Assembly: GCA_017551515.1 (NCBI GenBank) | Contig: JAFZLK010000052.1 | Location: forward strand, 7,864 to 71,863 | Origin: Bacteroidales bacterium | Lineage (GTDB): Bacteria; Bacteroidota; Bacteroidia; Bacteroidales; ML635J-15 | Direction of reading: 5' to 3' | Length of the DNA: 64,000 bases | Shown here: positions 8,000 through 18,400 of the stretch, piece after piece | How the letters are laid out: the number at the start of each line of letters is the position of its first letter | How positions within the stretch are numbered: position 1 is the first letter of the stretch | Notes under the pieces: generated by a model | Told to the model about the DNA's origin: nothing | What the model saw: only the letters and a program-made list of their open reading frames with translations | Databases searched by the model: none | Program-made: the position numbers and the translations under genes

Positions 8000-10900
8000 T
8001 TATCGCATAATTAGTATCTTTCGCGTTAGCAATCCGTATTCGGTTTCGATGCGTAAGAAATATTCGCCAGATGGAACGTCAAGTTCAATTTCTATTCTGT
8101 TCAAATTTGCTGGTATAGTCTTGACAGTCTTGCCGTTCAAATCTACGACATCCACCGAAATCATATTTTCGCTTTCGACGAACACAACGCCATTGGATGG
8201 AATAGGGTAGATGTTGATTGTCGATTGTATTCCATCAATACCAGTTAATTCATTGATGATAACTTCCACTGTATCGGCACAATTGTATTCGCTGTAGCCA
8301 ATAACCCATATTGTGTCGTTTGCCGCTTCAACTGTTATGCTCGGGGTTGTTTCGCCTGTTTCCCATTCGTAGGTCAAAGCACCTTCGGCAGTAATGGTAA
8401 TTTCGTTGTCATTTGTAGTCTGGCTTACCGAAATTTCAGGCGAATTGTGAACATTAAGCACAAGGGTTATAACGCTGTCGCATGATGTGCTTGAAAATCT
8501 GAAAGAGTAAGTTCCTGCTTCATTCAATGTACTATCTCCAAAGGTATATGGCATATCATATTCACAGATATCCACATTTATTGTTTCTTGATATTCTTCA
8601 TAAACATTAAGCACAAGAGTAACAACACTGTCACACGGTGTGCTTGGTAAGATGAATGTATATGTTCCAGCTTCGTTCAATGTGCTGTCACCGAAGGTAT
8701 ATGGCATATCGAATTCGCAGACATTTACATTTATTGTTTCGTGAATTTCTTCATTAACATTAAGCACAAGGGTTACAACGCTGTCACACAGCGCGCCTGA
8801 GAGAATGAATGTATATGTGCCAGTTTCGTTCAACGAAGTGTCGTTAAATATATATGGCAAATCGTTTTCGCAGACATCCACATTTATGGTTGTATTAAAA
8901 CCTTCATATACATTCAGCGTAAGCGTAACAATGCTGTCGCAACCGTTTTCGGCAGAGAGATGTACGTCGTATGTGCCTGCCTCAGTGAACAGTTGTTCGT
9001 TGTATTCGTATGGCAATTCGCTTGGGCAAATGCTTATTTCATCGGTTGTCGATTCTGAATGCAATATTGTCAAATTTAGTGTTACAATGCTGTCGCATCC
9101 GTTGGCATTAATTAGAGTGAATGTCGGCTCATTGGTCGATTCGAAGTATGTGTTACCGTCGATCCATGTGTACGAGTTGCAAGCCGATTGAACATCTGTT
9201 CCATATGAGGCTTCGTTTACTGTTATGTTAATGCTTGCTGATATGTCGCAGTTTGTTTCATCGTTATGAACTATAAGCTGATATACTCCGGCATTTTCGG
9301 TTGTTGCATTTGGAATTACATTTTGATTATTTATACTTGTATAGCCGTTTGGTCCAGTCCACGAATACGATATGTTATTTCCTTCGGATGAGCCTTCTGC
9401 AGAGAGTATCAAATTTTCACCTTCACATATTATTTCTGTTGATTCGCTTATTATTGCAGTCGGGCGAATAACCAGGGATTCCACAACAAAATCTGCCTCG
9501 TTTGTACAATTACCGTTTCTAACAATAAGAGTATAAGTGCCTTCTCTAACATTCGTGAACTCTGGACTGCTTTGGAAGTTAACACCGTCAATTGAATATT
9601 CGTAGTTGTCGTTTATTGGAGAAGTTACTATAATCGACCCATCGCTTCCTCCTGAGCATAATGTGTTGGGAGTTGTGGTTGCCTGTGGTGCAGCTGGAGT
9701 ATAATATACAGTAAGATGCAAAGTGTCAGTCTTATAGCAGCCATACGGTGTCATATACACTATGGGATAATCGCCAGAATCATAGTAGGTATAACCATTG
9801 TATACATACTCACCACACGACACCTCATAGATATTGTCATGATGATCACCGATAACGACCAAACGGATTGCGACTATGCTATCGCAACCATTGGCTGAAT
9901 ACAGATTATTATAATAGGTTCCCGATGCTGTATATGTTTGTTGTCCATGTATTGGATTGTTATATGTATAATATAAACATACTGTGTCATCGATGAAAGT
10001 TGTATCGGAACTATGTACTGTAAGGTGCAGGGTTACAATGCTGTCGCAACCAGCAACAGAAGTGAGGGTTTGGGTATAGTCGCCACTAACTGTATATGTA
10101 GTTCCGTTCCATTCGTAGCTGTCGCATTGCGCGATAGTATAATCATTGTATATAGTTAGGATTTCAAACATTGGTGAATTTTCGTTGAGAACGAGTACAT
10201 AGTTGTCGCCAGCATCGAGAGTGCCGAGAGTATAATGGTATGTACCAACCGATTCACCTTCCTCGCGTGAAATTACACCGCTTATGCCATCAATATTTTC
10301 AGAAAGCGAATACTGAAATATCGGGTCGGCATGACCGCAATTCTTGTGCTGGTTTGTCTCTGGAGTTACAGTTACGGTTATTGGTAATACTGTGACTGCA
10401 ATATTTACAATGCTATCGCAGTCACCAGCGTTGTGGAATGTCCATTGCAGGTCGAATTCACCAGCATTGTTGAATACAGCAGTGCTATCGCGATATGTAA
10501 ACGACTGTCCGAGTTCTACGGTAGCGGTTGCGTTGCCGATCTGCTGAGGCGTTACGGCTACGGTACGTGTGTCGTTTGCACGGCAAGTTGCCGAATTGCG
10601 GAAGTTAATCAGGTCTGAATATATGAATGCAGTCACAGGGCGAACGATGTGCGAAGTGGCCTTGCTGTCGTCTTGAGTGCCTGTTCCTAATGATGCCCAT
10701 GCGCGGTCTGCCGTTTTTTCGGTTACCGACCAGTAGTACGAATTGGCATCTACTTCTGTTCCTCCGACCATTGAAATTGCGTAGTTGACATTTGCAAGAT
10801 TGTTTTCCATTGTGAAAAGTTCGCCTTCGGCTGGCAAGTACCAGTTTTCTCCTTTTTCGCGAGCCTTCAATGCTGCAACATAGTTTGCTTCGGTTGGATT

Positions 10901-12721
10901 TGTTTGTGAATTGTTGTATGCCACAATAGCATCGGTCATTGCCTTGCCGTTCATCTTGGTTCTGGCTTCGGAATATGTGGCGGCATATTGACTTGTTGTA
11001 AAGCGCGATGCTCCCCACGGAATGTTGGTATATTCGTCAAGACTTACAACGCGAACAGAATCGTTGTTCTTGGCATATACAACGCCAATTGCCTCCAAGT
11101 TCTGTATTTCGGCTTCCATCCACATAGATGGTCTTACTACTATATTGTTGCTTGTCACAATGTCGCCAACGAAAACATTGTCGACGCTTGGAGCAACACC
11201 GGATGTCTTTACAGCATTTACAATGAATTGTGAATTTTCGTAGAGATTTGCTGTCGAAATAGAGTTTTGTGTACCGAGCATTTCGTTGTTTTCGCCATTG
11301 AACCAAGTGTATGTTACCATTTCGTTGCTACTTGGCGTTGCCACTAGATTGGCATTTTCACCATAGCAAACCGAGTTGTCTCCATTAATGGAGACTGAAA
11401 ATTCTGGTGCAACATTAACCGTTATGCTTCCTGTACCAGTACAAGTTCCCCCGCTAACGCTGACAGCGTAAGTCGTCGGTGTGGTAAGGTTTGATGTAGT
11501 GTATGTGCTTCCTGTGCCAAGATGATTGTCGGGCGCTGATGGCTGATACCACACATATTCTAGGTTATCGTCATCGGGCACGCTCAATGTTTCGGATGAA
11601 TTGTAGCAAACAATTCCTCCTCCGCTTATTGCCACATCGGTTTCGATGACTGATATTTCAAACGGTGTGTTTGCTGCACAATATCTTTGCACCTGTTCAA
11701 AATATTGACCTACCGTTACCGAATACTGGTGTCCTTCAGTTACATTTGTCAAAGAGAGCGAACTGCTTGTCCCTATTGGTTCATTGGGATTAAGTTCATC
11801 CTTCCATGCATAATTAAAAGGTCCTGCGCCATGAGTTACCGATATTTCCGTGTTCAACCCCATGCACACGAGCATATTTCCTGCCAATGCGTATTCTGGT
11901 TCAAGAATATGGATATTTACGTGTACAATACTATCGAATCCCTGATATGATGTGTAAGTTCGAGAAATAAGCGTATCGTTTTCGGCATAAAACTCGTAAC
12001 CCAAATCTACAACCTTATCGCCACGGCAGTAGTATTTATCTTTTGTAATGTCGCTCACAAATCCAAAATTGCGAATTGTACGAACATAATAGGAACCGCT
12101 GATATGCGATGGTTCCAATCGTCCAATATTTCCTCTCAAAGTAATTGGACAGGAATCGTTTGCAACTGTTGCTGTCCAATATTTTCTTCCTTGTAGCCAT
12201 CTGCCACCAAGACCAATAATTGTGTTTTTGACTAGGACTTCCGATGAATATAGTTTCCTCATCTGGCCTGCAGTAGGAATGTACCATCCGTTGTTGAAAT
12301 TTCCGGCATAAAATGCGGGATACATTCCGTATGCACCGTCACTATACCTTGCATCAGCAGAATCGTGCAGTTCCTTCGAAACCATCCAGCCTTCAATATT
12401 TTCCAAGTATGGAGAATAACCATATACGGTGTTTGCAGAAACTGGGATTCTTGGAAAATAAAGCGGAATAATCGGGTCTGTGGCTGGACGCTCTGGAGTC
12501 CACTGAACACCAACAGTAATACAATTTCCTGCGACTGACCAGAATTTTGTATCAAGGCAATCTGTAAGAGAAACTGCCCAGCCGTGGTTCCCATCATCGA
12601 AGACATAAAAAACGACTGCTTTTTCGTTTGCTGGAGAATATACGGTATCTCCGATGTGATATCTTTGTGAAAATGCCAGAATTGGCATCAAAAACGTGAT
12701 TGCGAATAATATTTTTTTCAT
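8000..12721 (-). CDS. 1,573-aa T9SS-secreted adhesin-like protein: two DUF1566-like domains, Ig-like modules, an array of two-cysteine modules, and a type-A CTD
   Basis: It has a signal peptide (FLMPILAFSQ). DUF1566-like signatures are present (GWYIPTAGQMRKLY..YWTAT..YVRTIRNF and NWYLPAEGELF..YYWSVTE..IVRPV). Modules ending GCDS[IV][IV]TL.L.V are repeated. The C-terminus INIYPIPSNGVVFVE..VVDLNGKTV..GEYFLRIE fits a type-A CTD. Confidence 0.8.
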   Translation of the reverse strand: MKKILFAITFLMPILAFSQRYHIGDTVYSPANEKAVVFYVFDDGNHGWAVSLTDCLDTKFWSVAGNCITVGVQWTPERPATDPIIPLYFPRIPVSANTVYGYSPYLENIEGWMVSKELHDSADARYSDGAYGMYPAFYAGNFNNGWYIPTAGQMRKLYSSEVLVKNTIIGLGGRWLQGRKYWTATVANDSCPITLRGNIGRLEPSHISGSYYVRTIRNFGFVSDITKDKYYCRGDKVVDLGYEFYAENDTLISRTYTSYQGFDSIVHVNIHILEPEYALAGNMLVCMGLNTEISVTHGAGPFNYAWKDELNPNEPIGTSSSLSLTNVTEGHQYSVTVGQYFEQVQRYCAANTPFEISVIETDVAISGGGIVCYNSSETLSVPDDDNLEYVWYQPSAPDNHLGTGSTYTTSNLTTPTTYAVSVSGGTCTGTGSITVNVAPEFSVSINGDNSVCYGENANLVATPSSNEMVTYTWFNGENNEMLGTQNSISTANLYENSQFIVNAVKTSGVAPSVDNVFVGDIVTSNNIVVRPSMWMEAEIQNLEAIGVVYAKNNDSVRVVSLDEYTNIPWGASRFTTSQYAATYSEARTKMNGKAMTDAIVAYNNSQTNPTEANYVAALKAREKGENWYLPAEGELFTMENNLANVNYAISMVGGTEVDANSYYWSVTEKTADRAWASLGTGTQDDSKATSHIVRPVTAFIYSDLINFRNSATCRANDTRTVAVTPQQIGNATATVELGQSFTYRDSTAVFNNAGEFDLQWTFHNAGDCDSIVNIAVTVLPITVTVTPETNQHKNCGHADPIFQYSLSENIDGISGVISREEGESVGTYHYTLGTLDAGDNYVLVLNENSPMFEILTIYNDYTIAQCDSYEWNGTTYTVSGDYTQTLTSVAGCDSIVTLHLTVHSSDTTFIDDTVCLYYTYNNPIHGQQTYTASGTYYNNLYSANGCDSIVAIRLVVIGDHHDNIYEVSCGEYVYNGYTYYDSGDYPIVYMTPYGCYKTDTLHLTVYYTPAAPQATTTPNTLCSGGSDGSIIVTSPINDNYEYSIDGVNFQSSPEFTNVREGTYTLIVRNGNCTNEADFVVESLVIRPTAIISESTEIICEGENLILSAEGSSEGNNISYSWTGPNGYTSINNQNVIPNATTENAGVYQLIVHNDETNCDISASINITVNEASYGTDVQSACNSYTWIDGNTYFESTNEPTFTLINANGCDSIVTLNLTILHSESTTDEISICPSELPYEYNEQLFTEAGTYDVHLSAENGCDSIVTLTLNVYEGFNTTINVDVCENDLPYIFNDTSLNETGTYTFILSGALCDSVVTLVLNVNEEIHETINVNVCEFDMPYTFGDSTLNEAGTYTFILPSTPCDSVVTLVLNVYEEYQETINVDICEYDMPYTFGDSTLNEAGTYSFRFSSTSCDSVITLVLNVHNSPEISVSQTTNDNEITITAEGALTYEWETGETTPSITVEAANDTIWVIGYSEYNCADTVEVIINELTGIDGIQSTINIYPIPSNGVVFVESENMISVDVVDLNGKTVKTIPANLNRIEIELDVPSGEYFLRIETEYGLLTRKILIMR
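8451..9063 (-). repeat. Tandem 153-bp (51-codon) coding repeat, 4 copies with decaying identity
   Basis: The anchor string ACATTAAGCACAAG recurs at 8451, 8604 and 8757, with a diverged copy at 8910, giving an exact 153-nt period. The protein units are VCE[NFY]D[LM]PY[IT]F[GN]D[ST][ST]LNE[AT]GTY.F....CDSV[VI]TLVLNV. Confidence 0.85.
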
Positions 12722-12732
12722 AGTTCTAGGTT

Positions 12733-13368
12733 TTAAAAGTTTCTAATCGCTCTTACATTTGCAGAGGTTCCTTTTGGCGTTGCAATGGCAGCTCCGTCAT
12801 AATTTAGCACCCAAGCACTTTCTACGCCGTAATTTTCTTCGGTGCATGACCAGTATTGCCGTCCGTTCATCTTACTGCTGTTGTCAATTACATCTAATGC
12901 TGCATTTACTTCGGTCATATTGCCGTATAGAACAGCAAGTTGTCCCATTGCTGGCAGATACCAGCCTGTTCCGCATTGCATGGAGGCATTTACTGCAGTT
13001 GCATAATCTGCTAGATCCCAACTCAGTCCTTGTGCAGTACGCACAATAGAATCGCAACGAACAGAGCCAATGGTATCGGTATTTACCAATTGGGGATTGT
13101 TGTTGTAGCTGTTCAGGTAGCAAAGGCTTCCTCCATCGCCCCATGTCATGGTTCCCAAACCTGCATCATTAAGGGCAAGTGCCCAACCGTGCTGCTGCGA
13201 ATTGTCAACAAAAAATACCACACCAAGGGCGGTTTTGCCACTTGCGGCAAAGTCTTCTGGCGACACCGTTGTGTTGTCGGTGCAATAAATGTCGCCCACA
13301 TGAACGTGTTCCTGCGCAAAAACCGCAAGGCTCACGAGCATCATTAAAATTGTAACAAGTTGTCTCAT
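12733..13368 (-). CDS. Small secreted DUF1566-like (Lcl C-terminal-like) protein
   Basis: It has a signal peptide (LVSLAVFAQE) and the signature GWYLPAMGQLAVLY...YWSCTE...NVRAIRNF. Its stop lies 11 nt upstream of the start of the 1,573-aa gene, so co-transcription is likely. Confidence 0.7.
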   Translation of the reverse strand: MRQLVTILMMLVSLAVFAQEHVHVGDIYCTDNTTVSPEDFAASGKTALGVVFFVDNSQQHGWALALNDAGLGTMTWGDGGSLCYLNSYNNNPQLVNTDTIGSVRCDSIVRTAQGLSWDLADYATAVNASMQCGTGWYLPAMGQLAVLYGNMTEVNAALDVIDNSSKMNGRQYWSCTEENYGVESAWVLNYDGAAIATPKGTSANVRAIRNF

Positions 13369-13392
13369 AATATATTATCTTTTAACTATTTG

Positions 13393-13400
13393 CAAAAATA
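13393..13400 (-). promoter_or_regulatory. -7 box (TATTTTTG on minus strand) for the DUF1566 operon
   Basis: caaaaata on the plus strand lies 24 nt upstream of the ATG at 13368. Confidence 0.45.
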
Positions 13401-13414
13401 TAAAATTATCCAAT

Positions 13415-13455
13415 ATATATGACAACTGTAAACACTTTTTCGTTGTCTGAGGAAA
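13415..13455 (-). promoter_or_regulatory. Conserved ~41-nt upstream motif (copy 1), shared with 62685-62726
   Basis: About 33/41 positions are identical in a hand alignment. The core on the plus strand is TGACAA-N12-TTTTCGTTG[CT]CTGA[AG]GAAA. Confidence 0.5.
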
Positions 13456-13490
13456 GAAAAAAATTGGGGCAGTATGAATACCAGCCCCAA
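13452..13490 (-). terminator. Intrinsic terminator after the FAH-family gene
   Basis: On the minus strand, TTGGGGC-13 nt-GCCCCAA is followed by TTTTTTTC. Confidence 0.7.
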
Positions 13491-13496
13491 ATTTTA

Positions 13497-14108
13497 TCAT
13501 TTCACCTTCATGTCGATTAATTTTAAATCGCCCATGTAGGCTTTCAGTTTATCGTTGATTTCGAGTTTTCCAACACCCAAAGGAGTTCCTGTATAAATTA
13601 GGTCTCCAATTTTCAGAGTCATAAATTTCGAAACATGCTCAATGATGTCATCAATGCTGAAAAGCATGTCGGAAGTATTGCCGTGCTGTACCTCTATGTC
13701 GTTTCGTTGCAAGCGGAAATCAATGTTGTTCTTGTCGGGGAGTTCATCAAGCGAAACGAATTCCGAAAGCACAGCCGAACCATCAAACGCCTTGCAAATC
13801 TCCCACGGTAGTCCGCGCTGTCGACATTCGTTCTGCAGGTCACGGGCGGTAAGGTCAAGTCCAAGAGCCACAGCATCGTAGTAGCGATATGCAAATTTCT
13901 TCTGTATGTGCTTTCCCAGACGGCATATACGATACACAACCTCCACTTCGTATTGCAGGTCGTTGGTCCAGTCGGGGATGAAGAAAACCTTGTTGCTCTT
14001 CAGTAGTGAAGAATCGGGCTTCATGAAGAATATAGGCGCTTCTGGGTACGGAAGGTTAAGTTCCGCAATGTGCGCCTTGTAGTTCATTCCTATGCAGATA
14101 ATTTTCAT
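13497..14108 (-). CDS. Fumarylacetoacetate hydrolase (FAH) family protein
   Basis: 203 aa. MKIICIGMNYKAHIAEL and the ..GTPLGVG.. region are typical of the FAH/2-keto-4-pentenoate hydratase family. Confidence 0.85.
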   Translation of the reverse strand: MKIICIGMNYKAHIAELNLPYPEAPIFFMKPDSSLLKSNKVFFIPDWTNDLQYEVEVVYRICRLGKHIQKKFAYRYYDAVALGLDLTARDLQNECRQRGLPWEICKAFDGSAVLSEFVSLDELPDKNNIDFRLQRNDIEVQHGNTSDMLFSIDDIIEHVSKFMTLKIGDLIYTGTPLGVGKLEINDKLKAYMGDLKLIDMKVK

Positions 14109-14120
14109 CGCGCTAGCTTT

Positions 14121-15320
14121 TTATTCGTTTACAACAACCTTCATGTCAACTTTTTTGTTGGCATTGTCGATTTCCACCTCAATGTGCCCTTTGTCGAAAT
14201 TGTCGGTACAATAACCTGCCACATATTCATCAAGTGTTAATTGCTGTCCAGGAACGGGCGGGAAGAGGCTTGCCGGCAACGAGCCAAACACACCTGTAGG
14301 CATTCCATCGGAGCCAAGCACAAGGTTTTCTCCCATCTTGAATCCTGCCTTGTCAATTAGCATCCTGAACGGGTCGTTGCGTTCGCAGTACGACTTTGTC
14401 AGTCGGTCGGAATAGTCGATGCTGTCCATATTGAAGTTTGGCTGCATGCTCAATGTGAGGTTCAGGTCGCGTGCTTTTTTGGCCTGCTGTTCGGTGATAA
14501 ATTGTGTGTGTTCAAGACGAATAAACATATCGGGCGAGTGTCTCAAAACTCCATCTAGGCATTTTAGCACCTGTTCTATTGCATTTTCGCCGATGCAGTG
14601 TATTGCCATTGCACTGCGGTACGAAACTATTTGTTCGAGAAGTTCTGTAAGTTCAGCATCGGTATAGGTCATAAACGGATTTCCACCATTGCGATATTCG
14701 GAGATTGCTGCAGTTGATGCTCCGCAGGCGCCATCGGCAAAGAGTTTTACGCCACGGCAGACTTTCTTGTACTTTTCGGGCAGTAGCGGATAGTTTTGCG
14801 GCGATGTCCATACCTCGGTAACATTGGAGCAGTCGTTTGTAGCAAGAAACTCAAAAATGTCGTTGTTGCACACATACATGTCGGCGGCGAAGCACACGCC
14901 GAGCGAAAGGTTCCTTTTGATGCTACGCTCAAAAGTTTCGCGGTTGAATCCGAATATCTTTGCAATGAAAGTCAGCACCTGCATGGTGTTGCGTTCTATC
15001 CAGTTCTGGTTTTTGCAGTTCACAAACCATTCGTTGTACTGCTCCTCAATGACTTTTCCTGCCTCGGTGTTGAAAATGTAGTTGTGCAACGAATTATTGC
15101 AGATTATTATCGGAGGAAGTTTGTCGAGGTTTTCCTTCGAGAATGTGAAATACGAATCGAACCATCCCATTGCGACATTAATTCTGTCGTGCGGAAGTTG
15201 CGACAGTTGCCTTATGGCATCTTCCTCTGTCCTTACCTTGAACAGGTCGGTTGCCGTAGCAAGCGAACCATACGAAAAAAGGTGGTTATGACGGTCTTTC
15301 AATAATGGTATGCGGATCAT
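14121..15320 (-). CDS. Amidohydrolase-3 (YtcJ-like) metal-dependent hydrolase
   Basis: The motifs DRHNHL, KLFADGACGASTA, HCIGENAI, RLEHTQ and GSDGMP match amidohydrolase family landmarks. Confidence 0.75.
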   Translation of the reverse strand: MIRIPLLKDRHNHLFSYGSLATATDLFKVRTEEDAIRQLSQLPHDRINVAMGWFDSYFTFSKENLDKLPPIIICNNSLHNYIFNTEAGKVIEEQYNEWFVNCKNQNWIERNTMQVLTFIAKIFGFNRETFERSIKRNLSLGVCFAADMYVCNNDIFEFLATNDCSNVTEVWTSPQNYPLLPEKYKKVCRGVKLFADGACGASTAAISEYRNGGNPFMTYTDAELTELLEQIVSYRSAMAIHCIGENAIEQVLKCLDGVLRHSPDMFIRLEHTQFITEQQAKKARDLNLTLSMQPNFNMDSIDYSDRLTKSYCERNDPFRMLIDKAGFKMGENLVLGSDGMPTGVFGSLPASLFPPVPGQQLTLDEYVAGYCTDNFDKGHIEVEIDNANKKVDMKVVVNE

Positions 15321-15408
15321 AAATTTTAAGTTTCTTGGTTTCTAAGTTTCTTGTTTCTATGTTTTCGAGTTGTTTGAGGTTATTTATATGTTTAATAGTT
15401 GGATGTAC
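15321..15408. repeat. GAAAC-heptad array (minus-strand sense) filling the mfd/amidohydrolase spacer
   Basis: The minus strand reads ..CATAGAAACAAGAAACTTAGAAACCAAGAAACTTAAAATTT-ATG. This is the same word family as 49805-50209 and 62815-63121. Confidence 0.7.
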
Positions 15409-18400
15409 TTATGAATTTGGAGATGTTACTTCTTTTTCCATTCTTGTCATAAAGTCCACAATTTGCGACAGGTTGCTGATACCTTCCAACCTCATAATCA
15501 GTCGTTCGTTGTGTTGTTTTACTGTAAGGTTGCGCGGATTGTTCTGGGCAAACTGCAATATGGAAATGAAAAGTTGGGATGAGTAATATTCCGACTTCTG
15601 GTCTTGTGGGAAATAACCAAGGAAAACGCCGTTTTTTATGGCAATCTTTTGGAAACCAAGGCGTACCGCAGTCCAGCGTAATTTCACCATATCGAACATT
15701 TTCTCAGTTTCATCTGGAATCTTGCCGAATCTGTCAACAAGCATGTCGCGGAATTTCTCCAACTCCTGCATGTCTTTCAGTTCGTCCATCTGGCGGTACA
15801 GCTTTATTCGTTCCGATGTGCTTGATACATAGTAATCTGGAATCATGAGGTCGAGGTCGGTTTCCATTATGCAGTCGCGTACGACAGGCTTGCTGGCATT
15901 TTCCTCGTCCTTGAAAACATCGTGGAATTCAGTCTCTTTCAGTTCATCAATGGCTTCGTTCAGAATCTTGTTGTAGGTTTCGAACCCAATGTCGGCAATG
16001 AATCCAGACTGCTCGCTACCGAGGATATTTCCTGCTCCGCGAATGTCTAAATCCTGTAGGGCGATGTTTATTCCGCTTCCGAGTTCACAGAACTCCTCGA
16101 TTGCCTTCAAGCGGCGGCGTGCATCGGGCGTGAGCAAATCCAGTGGAGGTGTAAGCAAATAGCAGAAAGCCTTGCGGTTGCTTCGTCCCACTCGTCCGCG
16201 AAGCTGATGCAAGTCGCTGAGACCAAAATTGTTGGCATTGTTGATTATGATAGTATTGGCGTTTGGAATGTCAACTCCGTTTTCTACAATTGCGGTACTA
16301 ATTAGCACATCGTAGTCACCACGCATGAAATCGAGGATTATCTTTTCAAGTTCTTCTCCGCCCATCTGTCCGTGCGCTACAACGGTTTTGACCTCGGGAC
16401 AAATCCTAGCAATCTGGTTCTGAACCTCATATATGTTCTGTATGCGGTTGTGAACGAAGAAAACCTGTCCGTTGCGACCAACCTCGTAGTATATTGCATT
16501 GCGAATTGTGTCGTTGTTGAAGGCGTGAAGTTCGGTTGCTATTGGCTGGCGGTTGGGTGGGGGAGTTGTTATCACCGACAAGTCCCTTGCTCCCATAAGC
16601 GAAAACTGCAAAGTTCGCGGAATAGGTGTCGCTGTAAGAGTCAGAGTATCAATATTTACCTTCAACTGCTTGATTTTCTCCTTTACCGAAACACCGAACT
16701 TCTGTTCTTCGTCCACCACAAGAAGCCCCAAGTCCTTAAATTCCACCGACTTGCCGACTAACTTGTGCGTACCTATGATAATATCTATCTTGCCTGACTT
16801 TAGGTCGGCAAGTGTTTCACGGATTTCCTTTGCAGATTTCAAACGACTTATGTACGAAACTGTTACTGGGAAATTCTTCAGTCGCTCCGAGAATGTCTGA
16901 TAGTGTTGCAAAGCGAGAATTGTTGTCGGCACAAGCACTGCCACCTGTTTTCCATCCACCACAGCCTTGAAAGCCGCACGGATTGCAAGTTCGGTCTTTC
17001 CAAAACCTACATCTCCGCAGACAAGGCGGTCCATCGGCACTTCCGATTCCATATCGGCCTTTATCAGGTCGTTGGTCTTGCTCTGGTCGGGCGTATCCTC
17101 GTACATAAACGATGATTCCAACTCGACCTGCATGTACGAATCGGGCGAAAACGCATAGCCCTTTTGTTCGCGCCGTTTTGCGTAAAGCAAAATTAAGTCG
17201 CGTGCTATGTCCTTTATATTCTTCTTAGTGCGTTCCTTCAATCGCTTCCAATGTCCGGAACCAAGCCGATGTATTACAGGCGGCTCGCCATCCTTATCGC
17301 GGTACTTGGATATGCGGTGCAAAGAATGTATGTTGACATACAGCAAATCGTTTTCGCCATACGACAGAGTGACAACTTCCTGTATACGCCCGTTGTGATT
17401 AATCTTCTGCAGTCCAACGAAACGCCCAATTCCATTGTCCACGTGCACAATGTAATCACCTGGATTCAAGGTTTTTAAATCTTGGATTGTTAGCGCATTA
17501 GGTTTTGATATGCTCTTTGTTGTATAGCGGTGGTAACGCTCGAAAATCTGATGGTCGGTATAAACGCAGGTCTTGGTGTCGCTATCGACAAAGCCTTCGT
17601 GCAACGATGCGCCAATTCCTTTGAAATCAGGATTTTCGCCCTTGTCGGTAAAAATGTCGCGCAGACGTTGCAACTGTTTTTCGTTGGTACTTAATATATA
17701 GGTGTCGAATCCGTTTTCGGCATTTTGCTTCAAGTTGGAAATAAGCAGGTCGAACTGCTTGCTGAATGCAGGTTGCGGTTCGGTGGCAAACTGGATTTCA
17801 TTTGTTGCCGAGAAAAACGACCGCGATGACATTTCCACAACAGTACGGCTATTTGCTTCTGCCTCAAATTGTTTCCGGTCAATTAGGTTTGACTTTGGAT
17901 TGATGATATAGGTTTCCTCATCCAAAATTTCTTTTTCAGAAATTTCTGCATAACGGGTTTCCGCCAGCTTGTAATTCTTTTCTATACTGTCTGTTACATA
18001 GTCGGGTGAATCAATCCAAAGCGAAAAATCCCTATTCATGAATTCGAAAAACGAAATTCTATCCTCTACAGTCTGCTTGTCGTATATGTTGGGTATGATG
18101 CGGATTTTGCGCAACTTGTCTGTCGAACTTTGGGTTTCTGGATCAAATTCGCGAATCTTTTCGATTATATCATCATCAAAATCAATGCGGTAAGGCTTTT
18201 CTGCTCCATACGAGAACACATCGATGAGGCTACCGCGCACAGCAAAACTTCCTGGCTCGAACACAAAGTCGTCGCGACTGAAATTCCAGTCGTTCAGCAT
18301 ATCGATGAGTTTTTCCATCGATAGGTTGTCGCCAGTGCTGATGTTAAGAGTGTTGCGTGTGAGTTCGCGGGTGCGGATTACCTTCTCCATCACGGCCTCG

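Noticed and set aside
12733-13368. Diversity-generating retroelement targeting the DUF1566-like domains
   Set aside because: There is no reverse-transcriptase ORF in the window. There is also no near-identical 100-150-bp template/variable repeat pair with adenine-specific differences, and the three domain copies are diverged throughout.
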